This document shows positions 12,121 through 26,044 of a stretch of DNA of 64,000 bases, piece by piece (position 1 is the first letter of the stretch; each line of letters begins with the position of its first letter). The notes below the pieces were generated by a model, which ran no database searches, was not told the origin of the DNA, and saw nothing but the letters and a program-made list of their open reading frames with translations. The position numbers and the translations under genes are program-made. The DNA comes from Hemiscyllium ocellatum (taxonomy: Eukaryota), in NCBI RefSeq assembly GCF_020745735.1, contig NC_083405.1, forward strand, positions 64,818,345 through 64,882,344. The letters are read 5' to 3'.

Positions 12121-12964
12121 ACGTTGGAGGCATCACGAATATCCTAATCATTAATAATGGTGAGACCAACACCACCATGCAAAAAATAAGGCTGAATCAT
12201 TCACAACAATCTTACCCAGAAGTGCTGAATGGATCATCCATCTCAATTGCTTGAGGTCCCTAGCATCACAGATGCCTATCTCCAACTAATTCAATTCACA
12301 GCACATGATATCAAGAAACAGTTGGAGGCATTCAATTCTAAAAAGGCTATGGGTGCTGACAACACTCCAGCAAAAGTACTGTAGGGATGTGTTCCAGAAC
12401 TTGCCAATACCACTAACCAACTACAACACTGGCATTCAACCAACAATGTGGAATATTGCCAAGCTGTGTCCTGTATTCAAAAGGCAGGGCAAAGCTAACC
12501 TGTCCAATTACTGTCCAATTAGTCTACTCTTGATCATGCTATTAAGCAAAACTTGTTCACTAGTAAGCTGCTCACTGAAACCCAATTTGGATTCCATCAG
12601 GACCACTCAGCTCCTGACTCCATTTGCAGCCTTGGTTGAAACATGGACAAAAAAGTTACGGTTATAGTGACTGCCCTCAACATGAAAGTTGCATTTGACA
12701 GAGAGTGGCATCAAGGAGCCCTAGCAAAACTGGAGGCCATGAGTATCAGGAAAAACTCTCCACTGACTGGAGTCATACCTGGTACAAAAGAAGATGACTG
12801 GAATTTTTGGAGGTCTGTCATCTCAGCTCAGATATCTATATTTGTAAGAGTTTCTCAGGATAATTTCCTTGGCCCAACCATCTTCAGTTGCTTCATCAGT
12901 GACCTTGTCTCTATCATAAGGTCAGAAGTGAGGATGTTTACTGATGACTGCACCATGTTCAGCC

Positions 12965-15900
12965 TGTTCTTCATCTATCACAAACTTGCAAAGGACCTCT
13001 ACTGTTCTTCATCTATCACAAACTTGCAAAGGACCTCTACTGTTCTTCATCTACAGAAGAAGCCATACACTAAACAAACAGTTCTTCCTAGCCATATCAG
13101 AAACTAAAGACAGTAAGTACCGAAAACTTTCGTGTACTTACCCCCACACTCGTGGTTCCTCAACTGTTCCAGAATCTTCCATCGGCCTCTGCAATCTGTC
13201 GGACGTCATTACACACGCGGCCGCTACAGCGCCCGCGGCACCAACAGCCGACGACGACCATGATGTCACTTCCGCCCCCACCGACCTTGCAGCCTCTGCG
13301 ATCGCCGCCCAGACAACCGCTTCCACGATCGCCAGGAAGATCGCCGACGAATTCGCGCCCCCCCCCTATCGGGAATGACAACGGTTCTTTCGTCACCGCA
13401 ACCATTTTCACCCCTTCGGTTGCTGTCGCCGCAGCCACTTCCGCCCCCAGTGACATCACTAACCTGCACGACCATAACGCCTCAGGTGTCTCCGCCCCCA
13501 CGCCGACTTTCGTCACCACACGTAACCCCACCCCCACGCCGACTTCCGTCACCACGTGTGACCCCGCCCCCACACCGAGCTTCGTCACCACGTCTAACCC
13601 CGCCCCACGTCGATCTCCGTCCCCGCCCCTGCCCCTAACCCCGCCCCCACTCCCAGTTCCAGTCCCACACCAGGTCCTAGCTCCCAGCCTTGCCGGATCA
13701 TCACCATCCCTCCAGACCTCCCCCTCTCTGAGGATGAAAGATCAGTCCTCAGCAGAGGCCTCACCTTCATTCTCCTACGCCCTCGGGTTAATGAGTTCAA
13801 CACGCGGCGAGATATTGAACAATTCTTCCGCCGCCTTCGCCTCCGCGCCTACTTTTACAACCAAGACTCCCGACCACCCTCTGATGACCCCTTCTCCCGC
13901 CTCCAACACACCCCATCCACCTGGACACCCTGTGCTGGCCTCTTACCTGCCCTCGATCTATTTATAGCCAACTGCCGCTGCGACATTAACCAATCTGTCC
14001 ACCCCTCTTACCCACTCCAACCTCTCACCCTCAGAACGTGCAGCCCTCCACTCCCTCCGCTCCAATCCCAACCTCACCATCAAACTGGCAGACAAGGGAG
14101 GCGCGGTAGTAGTTTGGCACACCGACCTTTATACCGCTGAGGCCAAACGCCAGCTCGTGGACACCTCCTCCTATTGCCCCCTTGACCATGACCCCACCTC
14201 CCACCACCAAACCATCATCTCCGAGACCATCCATAACCTCATCACCTCAGGGGATCTCCCATCCACCGCCTCCAACCTCATAGTCCCACAACCCCGCACC
14301 ACCAGATTCTACCTCATGCCCTAAATCCACAAACCTGACTGCCCCGGCCGACCCATTGTCTCAGCCTGCTCCTGCCCCACCGAACTCATCTCCGCGTACC
14401 TTGACATGGTTCTGTCCCCCTTAGTCCAAGAACTCCCCACCTACGTTCGGAACACCACCCACGCCCTCCACCTCCTCCATGATTTTCGCTTTCCCGGTCC
14501 CCAACGCCTTATCTTCACGATGGACATCCAGTCCCTGTACACCTCCATCCCCCATCACGAAGGACTCGAAGCCCTCCGCTTCTTCCTTTCCCGCCGCACC
14601 AACCAGTACCCTTCCACTGACGCCCTTCTTCGACTGACTGAACTGGTCCTCACCCTGAACAACTTCTCTTTCCAATCCTACCACTTCCTCCAAACTAAAG
14701 GAGTTGCCATGGGCATCCACATGGGCCCCAGCTATGTCTGTCTCTTCGTAGGATATGTGGAACAGTCCATCTTCCGCAACTACACTGGCACCACCCCCCA
14801 CCTTTTCCTCCACTACATTGATGACTGTATCGGCGCTGCCTTGTGCTCCCACGAGGAGGTTGAACAGTTCATCAACTTTACCCACACCTTCCATCCCAAC
14901 CTCAAATTCACCTGGACTGTCTCAGACTCCTTCCTCCCCTTCCTAGGCCTTTCCATTTCTATCTCGGGTGACCGAATCAACACAGACATCTGCTATAAAC
15001 CGACTGACTCCCACAGCTACGTGGACTACACCTCTTCCCACCCTGCCCCCTGTAAAAATGCAATCCCATATTCCCAATTCCTTCGTCTCCGCCGCATCTG
15101 CTCCCAGGAGGACCAGTTCCAATACAGTACAGCACAGATGGCCTCCTTCTTCAAAGACTGCAAATTCCCCCCCAGACGTGATTGACGATGCCGTCCACCG
15201 CATCTCCTCCACTTCCCGCTCCTCCGCCCTTGAGCCCCACCCCCCCAACCGCCACCAGGACAGAACCCCACTGGTTCTTACCTACCACCCCACCAACCTC
15301 CATATACAGCGTATCATCCGCCATCATTTCCGCCACCTCCAAACGGACCCCACCACCAGGGATATATTTCCCTCCCCTCCCCTATCAGCGTTCCGCAAAG
15401 ACCACTCCCTTCGTGACTCCCTCGTCAGGTCCACACCCCCCACCAACCCAACCTCCACTCCTGGCACCTTCCCCTGCAACCGCACGAAATGCAAAACTTG
15501 CGCCCACACTTCCTCCCTTATCTCTCTCCAAGGCCCCAAGGGATCCTTCCATGTTCACCACAAATTCACCTGCACCTCCACACACATCATCTATTGCATC
15601 CGCTGCACCCGATGTGGCCTCCTCTATATTGGGGAGACGGGCCGCCTACTTGCGGAATGCTTCAGGGAACACCTCTGGGACGCCCGGACCAACCAACCCA
15701 ACCACCCTGTGGCTCAACACTTTAACTCTCCCTCCCACTCCACCAAGGACATGCAGGTCCTTGGACTCCTCCCTTGCCAGAACATAACAACACGACGGTT
15801 GGAGGAAGAGCGCCTCATCTTCCGCCTGGGAACCCTCCAACCACAAGGGATGAACTCAGATTTCTCCAGTTTCCTCATTTCCCCTCCCCCCACCTTGTCT

Positions 15901-16217
15901 CAGTCGATTCCCTCGAACTCAGCACCGCTCTCCTAACCTGCAATTTTCTTCCTGACCTCTGCGCCCCCACCCCATTCCGGCCTAACACCCTCACCTTGAC
16001 CTCCTTCCACCTATCACATCTCCATCGCCCCTCCCCCAAGTCCCTCCTCCCTACCTTTTATCTTAGCCTGCTGGACACACTTTCCTCATTCCTGATGAAG
16101 AGCTTTTGCCCGAAACATTGAATTTCCTGTTCCTTGGATGCTGCCTGACCTGCTGCGCTTTAACCAGCAACACATTTTCAGCTCTGATCTCCAGCATCTG
16201 CAGACCTCACTTTTTAC
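12965..16217 (+). mobile_element. Penelope-like element (RT plus GIY-YIG endonuclease), 5'-truncated and disrupted
   Basis: RT motifs DKGG, IHKPDCPGRPI, FTMDIQSLYT, GVAMG, YIDD and YKPTDSH. Cys linker CNRTKCKTC. GIY-YIG IIYCIRCTRCGLLYIGETGR...REH. TSD tcagcc (12959-12964 and 16218-16223). Contains stops and frameshifts. Confidence 0.95.
16088..16123 (+). ncRNA. Minimal hammerhead motif in the Penelope 3' region (decayed)
   Basis: ATTC-CTGATGA-a-GAGC-tttt-GCCC-GAAAC-ATT-GAAT. Stem I is ATTC/GAAT. ACATTG matches two CpG decays of the ACGTCG seen in sister copies. Confidence 0.75.
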
Positions 16218-19200
16218 TCAGCCCCCTCATGACTCCTTAGATACCGAAGGAGCAAGATTTGGAATATATCCAGTTCATTTAGACAAGTGGCAAGTAACAT
16301 TTGCACCACACAAGTGCCAGACAATTACCATCTCCAACAAGAGAAATCTCAACATGTTGCTTGACATTCAGCGGTGTTGCCATCACTGAATCCTCCACTA
16401 AATCAACATCTTAATAGGCTACCAACTTTTACAAAAGATGAACTCAACTAGCCATATAAAAACAGTGGCTAAATGATCAGATCAGAGGATAGGAATCCTG
16501 CAGCAAGTAACTCACTGCCTGACTCTCCAAAGCATTCTACAAGGTACTACTCAGGATATGATGGGATGCTCCCAATTGCCTGGATGAGTGTAAATCCAAC
16601 AATGCTATAGAAGCTTGACACCATCTTGGACAGAACTTGATTGATATCACATTCACAGACATCAGTCCCGTCGTAACAGACTCAGTCATTGCAGTGTGTA
16701 CCATCTATTAAATGCACTGCATAAATTCACCAAACTTCCTTCGATACTGCCTTCCAAGCCCATAATCACTTCCATCTTGAACGATAAAGGCAACAGATAC
16801 ATAAGAACATCACCACCTGCAAGTTCTTCTCCAAGCCACTCTCCACCCTGACTCAGAAATATACTGCCCCTCCTTCAGTGTCAATGGGTCAAATCCTGGC
16901 ACACACATTGCATGGAATTGTGGTCTGTAGTGGTTCAAGAAGGTAGTTCACCATTGCATTCTCAAGGGCAAGTAGGGATGGGCAATGCAGGTTGGCCTAG
17001 TCAGCAACATCCTAATCCTGTGAGTGAATTTAAAACACATCAAAATGGAATGCTGTATTACCTGGGAGCCAGAAAAACCTGGAGGCTTTGAGGAATTAAT
17101 TCCTTCAAAATGTATCTGGAATTTCTTGAAGGCTGTTTAAAGTCAGAGCTATCATTACAATGAGCATTGTCAATTATTATATTTCAATCTGTGATTGACA
17201 TCTGAGATGCTGTAAATTGAATAATATCTACCTACTTAAAATGTTTCAGCTTTGCGTAAATGCGCTGAAAGTGCATTAGCTGCTACCTCACAGGTTTGTG
17301 TAAGGTGTCTTTAAAGTGGTGGCTTTTTGTGTGTGTATCAGTTACTTTGGAAAAAAGTCTTTTGATGCAAACGTAAACCTGTTGTGGCCATTTTAAATAC
17401 TGTTATATCAAGGAAATTAATGTTTTCCTTGTGTGTTGTGTACTTAGGTGTTATTGAGAATTGATACTGATGAATGCTTATAGGTCTGCGCCTGCGTGAA
17501 TCCAAATATCTCATGTTAACTCAAATACAGATGGTGTTGTTACAGTGTGAGTGCATCACTTAATAAACAGGATAATGGGAATGAAAATGAAACCCCTTAA
17601 AAACCAAAATATAGCCCCAAAAATTATTAAGTAGGTCTCAAGAAAAGCTGAGGTTGCTCTCCAAAGGTCCAACAAGTTTGAAGTAATTGGATGATTTAGA
17701 TAAAATTATGAAAGGTTTAGCTAGAATAAATATAAACTGTTTACATTAGCTCAAGGGTGATAATCAGATGACCCAGATTTAACTTAAATTAAATTGTTTA
17801 GCAAAAGAGTATGAAGTGACATGAGGAAAAGCTTTTATACAGATAGTGGTTAATATTTGGAATCCTTAATATTTAGATGGATACAAACCCAAATTAGCTA
17901 TGAAAATGAAATTGGATAAATACTTGGAGAAGAAAATTAGGGAAAGAATAAATGGAGGAGGGGGTGGGGGTCTGGCAATTGTAGGACTGTTTGGATTTTT
18001 CTGTGAAACAACTGGAGCAAGCTTGATTTCCTCCTTCTGTGCTGCACTACGCTTTTGAATGCATGAAATAGAAGCTGTTGGGAGTGAAAAGAAGACAAGT
18101 GGACATATTGCATATGGAAACAGGAATAGCACCAGGACTCATGATTTCCCCCCGGCCCTGCTACTTGTCAGAAACCTCCCTGGCAATTATTTCTCCAGGG
18201 TTCAAATGCACAGCTTTCAGGCGATGTCTGGTATTCAACTGTTGGAGAATGGAAAATTTGGGCCTGCAATTTACAAAGTCCTATGCTCTCCTCCAGGAAT
18301 CTGCCTCTTTTGAATGGGACAGAAGGCTGAATGCTAATCTCTTTTTCAGGTGAGCTGCCTGTTAAAGGCATGACCAGTGTCAAAAGCTCGTGTCGAGTAA
18401 GCCAATGAGGCCTGGTGATTCATGTTCATTCTCAAGTATGTGTTTGGGCATGTGCTAAAATGCACAACATAGAATTTATTCTCACAGCTGGCACCATGCC
18501 AAAATCTGCTTTTCTTTTATGTTGAACTATGTAAAGAGAGAAGCAGGAAAATCAGCTTAAGGAAGCCTCAGGCATTTAACAGCCATCTTTGACAACGATG
18601 TCAGTGAGAACTTGTAAAAACTTGACCTCAAAGCTTTCTTTATTGGCTTTCATTTTTTATTGAATGAGCATATATCTAGCAAGTGGTTAAAGTCAAGTAG
18701 TTTTGAAAAATAAATTCCACATAAACGCTACATATTTTGTCAAATTCCAGAAGTAAATTTCATTGAGACCATGAGCAAAAGGGAAACTTACTTTACCCTC
18801 ACAAAGGAATTGTCCAGGTACTAATTATGTTAATTGCTTAGTTGATTTCTTCATTTAAAAAAAAATGTAATGCAGAAAATACAAACCATTAATTAGTCTA
18901 CATTTAAGGATTTTCAAAGGGAGTGTTGGTATGCGCATGTATGCATTTATTTTATAGATTTTTAAAATAATATTTGCGATTATTTAAAATTATGAAGAAT
19001 CTGAATAAACCAGCAAAACTCTGAAACTATGCATGCCGCAACACATTTATTCCACTTTAGACATTTATACTGGGATGATTAGGAAAGCATCGGCCTATAT
19101 GAAGCCTGATGATTAGATTTTAGGGATTTTACAGTTGATATTTTCCTTAGATTTGGTGTCATAGACCACATTTGTAAGTGAGCAGTTCTATAAGGGGGAC

Positions 19201-19554
19201 CCAAACTGTGATTTGCAAGCCCGAGTGGGATTGTGCTAAGTGTGTTTGGTATAATGAATGCCAAGGCAGCAATGGCAGCTGTAGATTGGAGACTCAGACT
19301 TGACAGTCCCGGGATTGGCTGTTTGCAATTTCTAAAGCTCCATCACTGACATCAACAGATTTTGCAGAATGCTTAGATTGAGTTGTTTCTCTGTCTGAAT
19401 TCCTGCAGGTTGAACCCCCACACCTGTCAGTTTTCACTCTGTGGTTGCACCAAATGTGAAGCATTAAAATGAAGTTAGAACAGAAAAAGTTTGACTACTT
19501 ACTTCTAAATTAAGAATACTTTGGTTTTATTTGAATATGTACAAACATGCAAGT

Positions 19555-19990
19555 GAGGAGCAAGGTAGGGCATTTGGTATCTTGAACCTGTTCCACCATT
19601 TATTCAGATAATAGCTGACCTGATTGAAACCTCAGCTTCATATTCCCATACATTGATGACCATCCAACCCTTTGTTGTCCAAGAATCTATCCATCCCTGC
19701 TTCAAAAATATCCAAAGACTCTGCTTTCACCACCTTCTGAGGAAGAGAAATGAAAAATCTCTCCTCATTATTTCTTAAATGGACAATCCTGCTGGATTGC
19801 CCCATAAGAGGAAACATCTTCTTCAGATGTGCCCTGTCAAGTCCCCTCAGGATCTTATACATTTCACCTCTTGCTTTTTAACTCCAGCAGACGTAAGCAG
19901 AGCTTGTCCAACCTTTCCTCATAAGATAATCCGTCCATTTCAGGTATTAGTCTGGTAGATCTTCTCTAAAATAATTCCTACACATTTTAT
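19555..19990 (-). mobile_element. CR1 LINE 3' fragment
   Basis: ORF remnant YKILRGLDR...MFPLMG plus a CR1 tail. Confidence 0.8.
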
Positions 19991-20007
19991 AAATATTTTA
20001 ATGAACT

Positions 20008-20483
20008 TTTTTTTATTGAAACACAGGATGTGAATATCAATGGTTAGGCCAGCATTTATTGTCCAGAGGGATATTAAGAGTTAAGAGATGCTGCTGTAGC
20101 TCTGGATTCACATGTAAGCCAGACCAAATGAGAAGGACAGTGACCTTCCCTAAAAAGACATCAGTGAACTGCCTGGGTTTTTAGATAGGAGAAAGTAAGG
20201 ATTGCAGATGCTGGAGATCAGAGCTGAAAAATGTGTTGCTGGAAAAGTGCAGCAGGTCAGGATGCATCAAAGGAGCAGGAGAATTGTGTTTTGGGCATAA
20301 GCCCTTCTTCTGGATATTTTAGGGTTCAGAGTTCTTCAGGGTTTTTAGATAATCAAACAAAAGTTTCATGGTCATCAAACTCCACCTTCTGCCATGGTGA
20401 AAATTGAACATTGTTCCTCGAATATTACCTTGGGTTGCTGGCTTAGTGGTCTGGCGATAAAACTACTGGCTGTCACTTCCCCC
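20008..20483 (-). mobile_element. SacSINE1-like Deu-domain SINE
   Basis: Degenerate tRNA-like head, Deu-like core (gttcactgatgtctttttagggaagg...tggcttacatgtgaatccag) and a tail shared with the CR1/L2-group LINE. Confidence 0.65.
20188..20338 (-). mobile_element. Short Penelope-derived element (family A)
   Basis: 13-bp TSD gggtttttagata (20175-20187 and 20339-20351). Degenerate hammerhead gaagaagggcttatgcccaaaac. Confidence 0.85.
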
Positions 20484-20714
20484 TAAATCCCTCTTGTTAT
20501 GACATATTACAACACACCACTGCAGCACTTCTAGCCCATTTTGCCACAAGATCTCAACGAAACAGTTAGGGTGTCATTCTTGGATGGTTTCAACCACCAA
20601 CCATATTAACCCAATTAATGGGTGAATATTGCAGCCAATTATACCTCAGAAACTTAAATAAACACTGAAATGGAATCAACCCATATATTCTACTGAAACC
20701 CAGGACTGAACCTA

Positions 20715-23070
20715 AGACATAGAATATGGAAGTAGGCCATTCGGCTCTTCAAGGCTGCTCCACAATCTAGACTTTCAGATCTTTAGTCTAATGCTGCCCG
20801 AACTAAGTTATCTTGGCTGACTCACAACACATTTATAAACTTCCTTAAATATGGAGCCAATTCTGTATACAGCACTCCATACTCCATGACATGCGTGTGT
20901 TTCAGTTCATGTACTAGGCCACCCCAGATTATCCTCTACTTTGGAGTTTTTCAGATTCTCACCATTCACTCAACTTTTTTTTTATTCCTAGCAAAAAAGA
21001 CAATTTCACATTTTCCTATAGTGCACTTTGTCAGATCTTTGCCAACTTATGTAACCTGCCAAAATCGTCCTCCTGTTATCTTCACAACTTCCTACCTATT
21101 TTTGTGTCATTGGCAAATTTAGAAACCATACTTTCAATCCCTTAAACAAAGTCATTTATATAAATTCTAAAATATTGAGATACCAGCATTGTGGCAGATT
21201 GCTTGTTACATCTTGCCAACAGAAAAAGACCCATTTATGCCTAATCTCTGCATCCTATTTGCTAACTAATCTCCTATCTGTGCCATTATGTTATCCCCCA
21301 GACCATGAGCCTTTACAGATGTGACATAATGTGCCTCCTGGGAATCTAAGTACAGAACCCAAAGTTCTCCTTTATCTATAGCACATTTTACATTTTTAAA
21401 GAACTCCACCAGTTTGGTTTGACGTGATTTCACAAAACTATGTAGAATCTGTCTAATTATGTTGAATTTGTTTAGCTGACTAGCTATAACTTCTTTAATG
21501 ACAGAAAGCAAGAAACTTTATGCAGGTAGATTACTATCACCCTTTTTGAATAAAGAAAGTATATTTACAATTTTCTAATCTATTGGAATCTTTACAAAGT
21601 CTGAAGAATGTTAGAAATTTAGACCCAACATATCTATTTCCCCACATTCTATATCTTCCATGTCCTTCTCCACAGTAAACACTGATGCAAAATCTTTGTT
21701 TATTGTCTCCCCCATCCCCTGTGGCTCCACACATAGGCTGCCTTGCTGATCGTTGAGGGGCCCTATTCTCTCCCGAGTTACCTTTTTATCCTTAATGTAT
21801 TTGTAAAAAACCGTTGGAATTCTCCTTAATCCTGTTTGCCAAAGCTATCTCATGTCTCATTTTTGTCCTCCTGATTTCCCTCTTAAGTATACTCCTACTG
21901 CCTTTATACTCTTCTCAGAATTCACTCAATCTCTTCTGTCTATACCCGGTGGGAACCAGAGCTACATATCTGAGAGGTGGGTAGTTGTAGATGGGACAAT
22001 GAGAGGATGTAGTGAATCTATCAGGGAGGTTTTTCATGTGATGAAACAAAGGGATCAGTTCAAGTGTGTCTGCTTTAATGTAAGGAGTGTCAGAAATAAG
22101 AGTGATGAACTTAGAGCATGGATCAGTACTTGGGACTACGATGTTGTGGCCATTACAGAGATGTGGGTTTCACAGAGGCAGGAATTTTTTCTAGATGCTT
22201 CAGGGTTTAGAACATTTAAAAAGAAGCGGGGGAGGGGTGTGTGGCATTGCTAATCACAGCTACAGAAACGAAGGTTGTCAAGGAAGGTTTGTTTACTGAG
22301 TCAGTATGGGTGGAAGTTAGGAACAGCAAGGGAGCAGCTACCTCACTGGGGGTTTTCCACAGGCCCCCTAATAGCAGTAGAGAGATTGAATAACTGATAG
22401 GCCAGTACATTTTGGAAAAATGTATTTGAAGCAGGTTTGTTGTTATGGGTGACTTCAGCATTCCCAATATTGACTGGAACCTTCCTAGTGCAGACGGTTT
22501 GCATGGAGCCATTTTTGTCAGGTGTATTCAGGAGGGTTTCCTTACTCAGTATGTAGACAGGCGGATGAGGGGAGATGCTAGAAAATGAGGCTGGAGTAAG
22601 TAGTAATGGGGACCAAAGAAATGCCAAAGGAACTGAATAGATACTTGAGTCAGTCTTCACAGTAGAAGACACCAGCAGTGTACTAAAACTTCGAGAGTCA
22701 GGGGACAGACGTGAGTGAAGTCTGTCACTGGGGAGAAGGTGCTGGGTAAGCTGAAAGATCTGAAGGTGGATAAGTAACCTAGACCAAATGGCCTACACAC
22801 CAGATTTCTGAAGGAAATAGATGAGATTGTGGAGGCATTGGTGATGATCTTTCAGGAATCACTGGAGTAATAGAGTGTCGAAAAGACAGGAAAGTAGCTA
22901 ATGCAATAACTTGTTTAAGAAAGCAGGGAGGCAGAAGAAAGAAAACTATAGGCGAGTTAGCCTGACGTCAGTCGTAGGTAAAATGTTAGAGTTCATAATT
23001 AAGAATGAGATTGCTGAGTAGTTGGACTTATGTGGTAATATAGTGTTGAGTCCGCATGGCTTCATCAAGG
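20715..23070. mobile_element. Cluster of CR1 LINE fragments (minus ~20715-21945; plus ~21946-23070)
   Basis: EN motifs CFNVRSVRNK, DVVAITE and VMGDFS on plus. RT and tail remnants on minus. Confidence 0.75.
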
Positions 23071-23410
23071 GAGAACAGAATTGCACAAGAATGAAACTAT
23101 CATATTATAGCAGAACTGACTGTATCCCCATCCTCAAAGATGGGAAAGTCCAACATCATTGTAGATTCGGCTGAAGACTTTGCAACAATCTCCACTCAGA
23201 AATACCGAATAGATGGTCCATTTCAAAAATCAAATAATGGCTGAAGACATTGGATACCAATGTCAGGTAATGACAGTCTTCAAAATAGAGAATCTAATCA
23301 TCATCCCATGATATTTAATGACATTACCATCATTGCATCCTCCATTATCAACATCCTAGCAGTTACCATTTACCTGAAACTGAACTGGACTGGTCATATA
23401 AATACTCCAA

Positions 23411-24108
23411 TAGAAGCAAAGTACTGTAGAAATCTGAAATAAAAAAAAAGAAAATGCTGAAGTTTGATGGGGTGTAAAGTGAAGGGGAACACTACTTTTG
23501 TTCTGAGATTGAGAGAAAGGGCTGAAGGAAGAATTGTGGGAAATGTGTCATACACAGTTGTGGGGCCTTTCAATCACAGTGAACTTGAGGGGTGGAGGGG
23601 TAATAGTTCTTGGTTGAAGAAATCAGAGGATATGTTTAACAGATGCAATGGAGGTGGAGAAACTAGGAGATTGGGATAGAGTCTTTGCAGAAGGCAAGGA
23701 GTGAAGAAATATTGTCAAGATAATTGTGGGAATTGATGGATTTATAGTGGATATTAGCAGACAGTCTATCCCCAGAAAAGGAAACAGGAAAATCATAGAA
23801 GAGAAGAGTCAGAGGTGGATCAGATGAAGGCGAAGAGGAATGGAAATTATAAGCAAAACTAATGAATTCTTCCAATTCTAGATGAAAGGAAAAAGCAATA
23901 TCAATGACATCGCCGATAAACTGGAGAAAGAGTTGTGGAAAGGGGCGCTAAGTCGGATTGGAACAAGGAATTTCCACATACCTCTCAAACTGATAGGCAT
24001 AAATGTGATCCATAGTTGCACCCCTGACTTGGAGTAAATAAGGTGAGTTAAGGGAGAAACAAAACAGAAATTGCTGGAGAAACTCAGCAGGCCTGGCAGG
24101 ATCTAAGG
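23411..24108 (-). mobile_element. Old Penelope-like RT fragment with tail copies at both ends
   Basis: ORF remnant SGDRLSANIHYKSINSHNYLD...CKDSIP aligns to SGDRINTDICYKPTDSHSYVD...CKNAIP of the 13-16 kb element. Confidence 0.75.
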
Positions 24109-24560
24109 GAAATCCCAACATGACCACAAACCCTATCTGTACCCTTCTCAACCTTATGGATTGTTGCAAAAATGCATGTATTTGCCTGCCTGCTTGATGA
24201 TGGCATTGGTGATGATCTTCATGCACTAATGAACCACAGACAGGAAGATCTAATACATCTCCAGAGGATCTCTGGAATGATCCTGCGGCATAAATATTCA
24301 GTGGCAGAACAACCTTCAGCACCACAGGAATTGCATACTCTCCAATTCCCATCAGGTTCAGTTCATCCTCCATCATGGCATACAGCTTCGTGCCAGACTC
24401 CCTGGAGAGGCACTGGTGGTGCTGCTGCTTTGAAGATAGCTGAACCTCTGACATTAGACCTATAAGTAATCTCTTTTGCAAACAGAGTACTTTTTGTAGA
24501 TTCACTGTGTCCTCTTTCTGCATTCCTCAAGGCTGAAGCTTCTGTTAGCCTTCAAGCAGC
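24109..24560 (-). pseudogene. PIF/Harbinger (HARBI1-like) transposase relic
   Basis: LSRESGTKLYAMMEDEL...IPVVLKVVLPLNIYAAGSFQRSSGDV and GFVVMLGFP resemble the Harbinger transposase N-terminal region. Frameshifted. Confidence 0.7.
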
Positions 24561-26044
24561 TGCTGGCCCAAACCCTGTGGTTGCAGTGCTTTCCATCAGT
24601 CATGCTCCTTCTCACTAAAGGCCTTTAAGTCTAAATGACAGTTTCACTCAGTTTTCAAGGTGTTTTACATCCACTGCTGCCTGTGGCAGAATCAAACAGT
24701 AAGGTTCTGCTAACATAGCACATTTGTCACACCTCTCAACTGCCATTATCCATAATTTATAATCCTTCCTGCCAAATCATGCTAACATTCACAAAATCTT
24801 CTCTCTGTACTTAGCCCTCCTTGTTTAAAAATTATAATTTGAAATTTATAAAATCATAGTTAAATACATTTAATTATCTTCCTACATTGCTTGGGTATGG
24901 TATCTGCCCGCCATATCCCCACCTTCAGAATATTTTGTTGTGGCTTAAAAACATTAAGCTTTTCTGCCAATCCTTTTTGCTATGATATTACAAGTCCTCC
25001 CACATTCCAGCCTACTGCCAAAATACTGGGAAAATTCATTTTGACAGCAGGTGCAGCCTGTCAGATCTGTAGCTCTGTCATTGAATCGTGGATCTTCCAG
25101 CTATGATAACCACCTGACTAGCAACTGAGAGGCTTCTTTTATGGACCTGCCATGTTCTGCACTCAGACAAGTGTTGGTAAATGGTGGAGTCTTTCCAGTC
25201 CCCCTCATTAGTGTCACAATTATTAATACCTATTCATGAGTAGCCGTTGCTGATGTTTACTCAAGTCCAGCAAGATTTTTGGGAAGCAAAAGCAGATGGC
25301 CTCTATGTCCAATCTTGTTCCTAGATCTGCTTCTGTGGACCAGAGCAATTCCACACATAAAGAGCCTCACAAACATTTTAGGCTGAATAGCCTCCTATGA
25401 TGTAACAATTCTATGGTTCCATAAGTTATTTTCAGACCTGAATAGTTTAGTAGACCTTCTTCTTGGAATTAGATGTGATTGGGTGAATGAAAAGGGGTCA
25501 GGCAGAGCAGGTTCATGGTCCATGGGCTGTTGTCAATTGCCCAAGGTGGTGCCTCTGCAATACATCCGATATTTTGGAAAATAGATTGCTAGAGTTTTAT
25601 GTGAGGTTCTTAAAGTCCCGTTGAATTATCGTGCATACAGCCATATTGCTACAACCAGAGCTTCCTGCGCAATACTCAGATCTCTGATAGAAACTGTGCT
25701 GCAATGGAAACTGTGACATTGTTTATTAAATGTGTTCCACAGATGTCAGATGGAGGTGACCACCCATTCCACATCTGAGCGCGTTTGCTCTAAGCCCTAC
25801 ATAAAGCTAAGTGCCCATTGGCGATTAACTCCTCCATGTCATTTGACATTGAGCACAAGCTTCTGATAGCCTTTTCAATGTATTAATTTACTTATAGAAA
25901 CAGAAATTTTATAGCACATAAGAAAGTCATTTGCTCATTGCGCTAGCTCTTTATCCATAGCCCTGTATATTAAAACACTTCAAGTGAATATCCAAGTAGT
26001 TATTAAAAAATGTGATGAAGGTTTCCTAATCAAACTTTTCTCAT

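Larger units (their letters stand above)
12140..17035 (+). mobile_element. CR1/L2-group LINE ORF2 remnant (12140-12964 and 16218-17035) split by the Penelope insertion
   Basis: RT motifs NYCPISLL, KVAFDREWHQG and MFTDDC. The sequence resumes after the TSD and ends in a tail at ~16975-17035. Confidence 0.85.

Noticed and set aside
13780-15936. Selenocysteine recoding in the Penelope ORF
   Set aside because: The disruptions I could read are a TAA and frameshifts, not TGA at Cys positions, and I found no SECIS.
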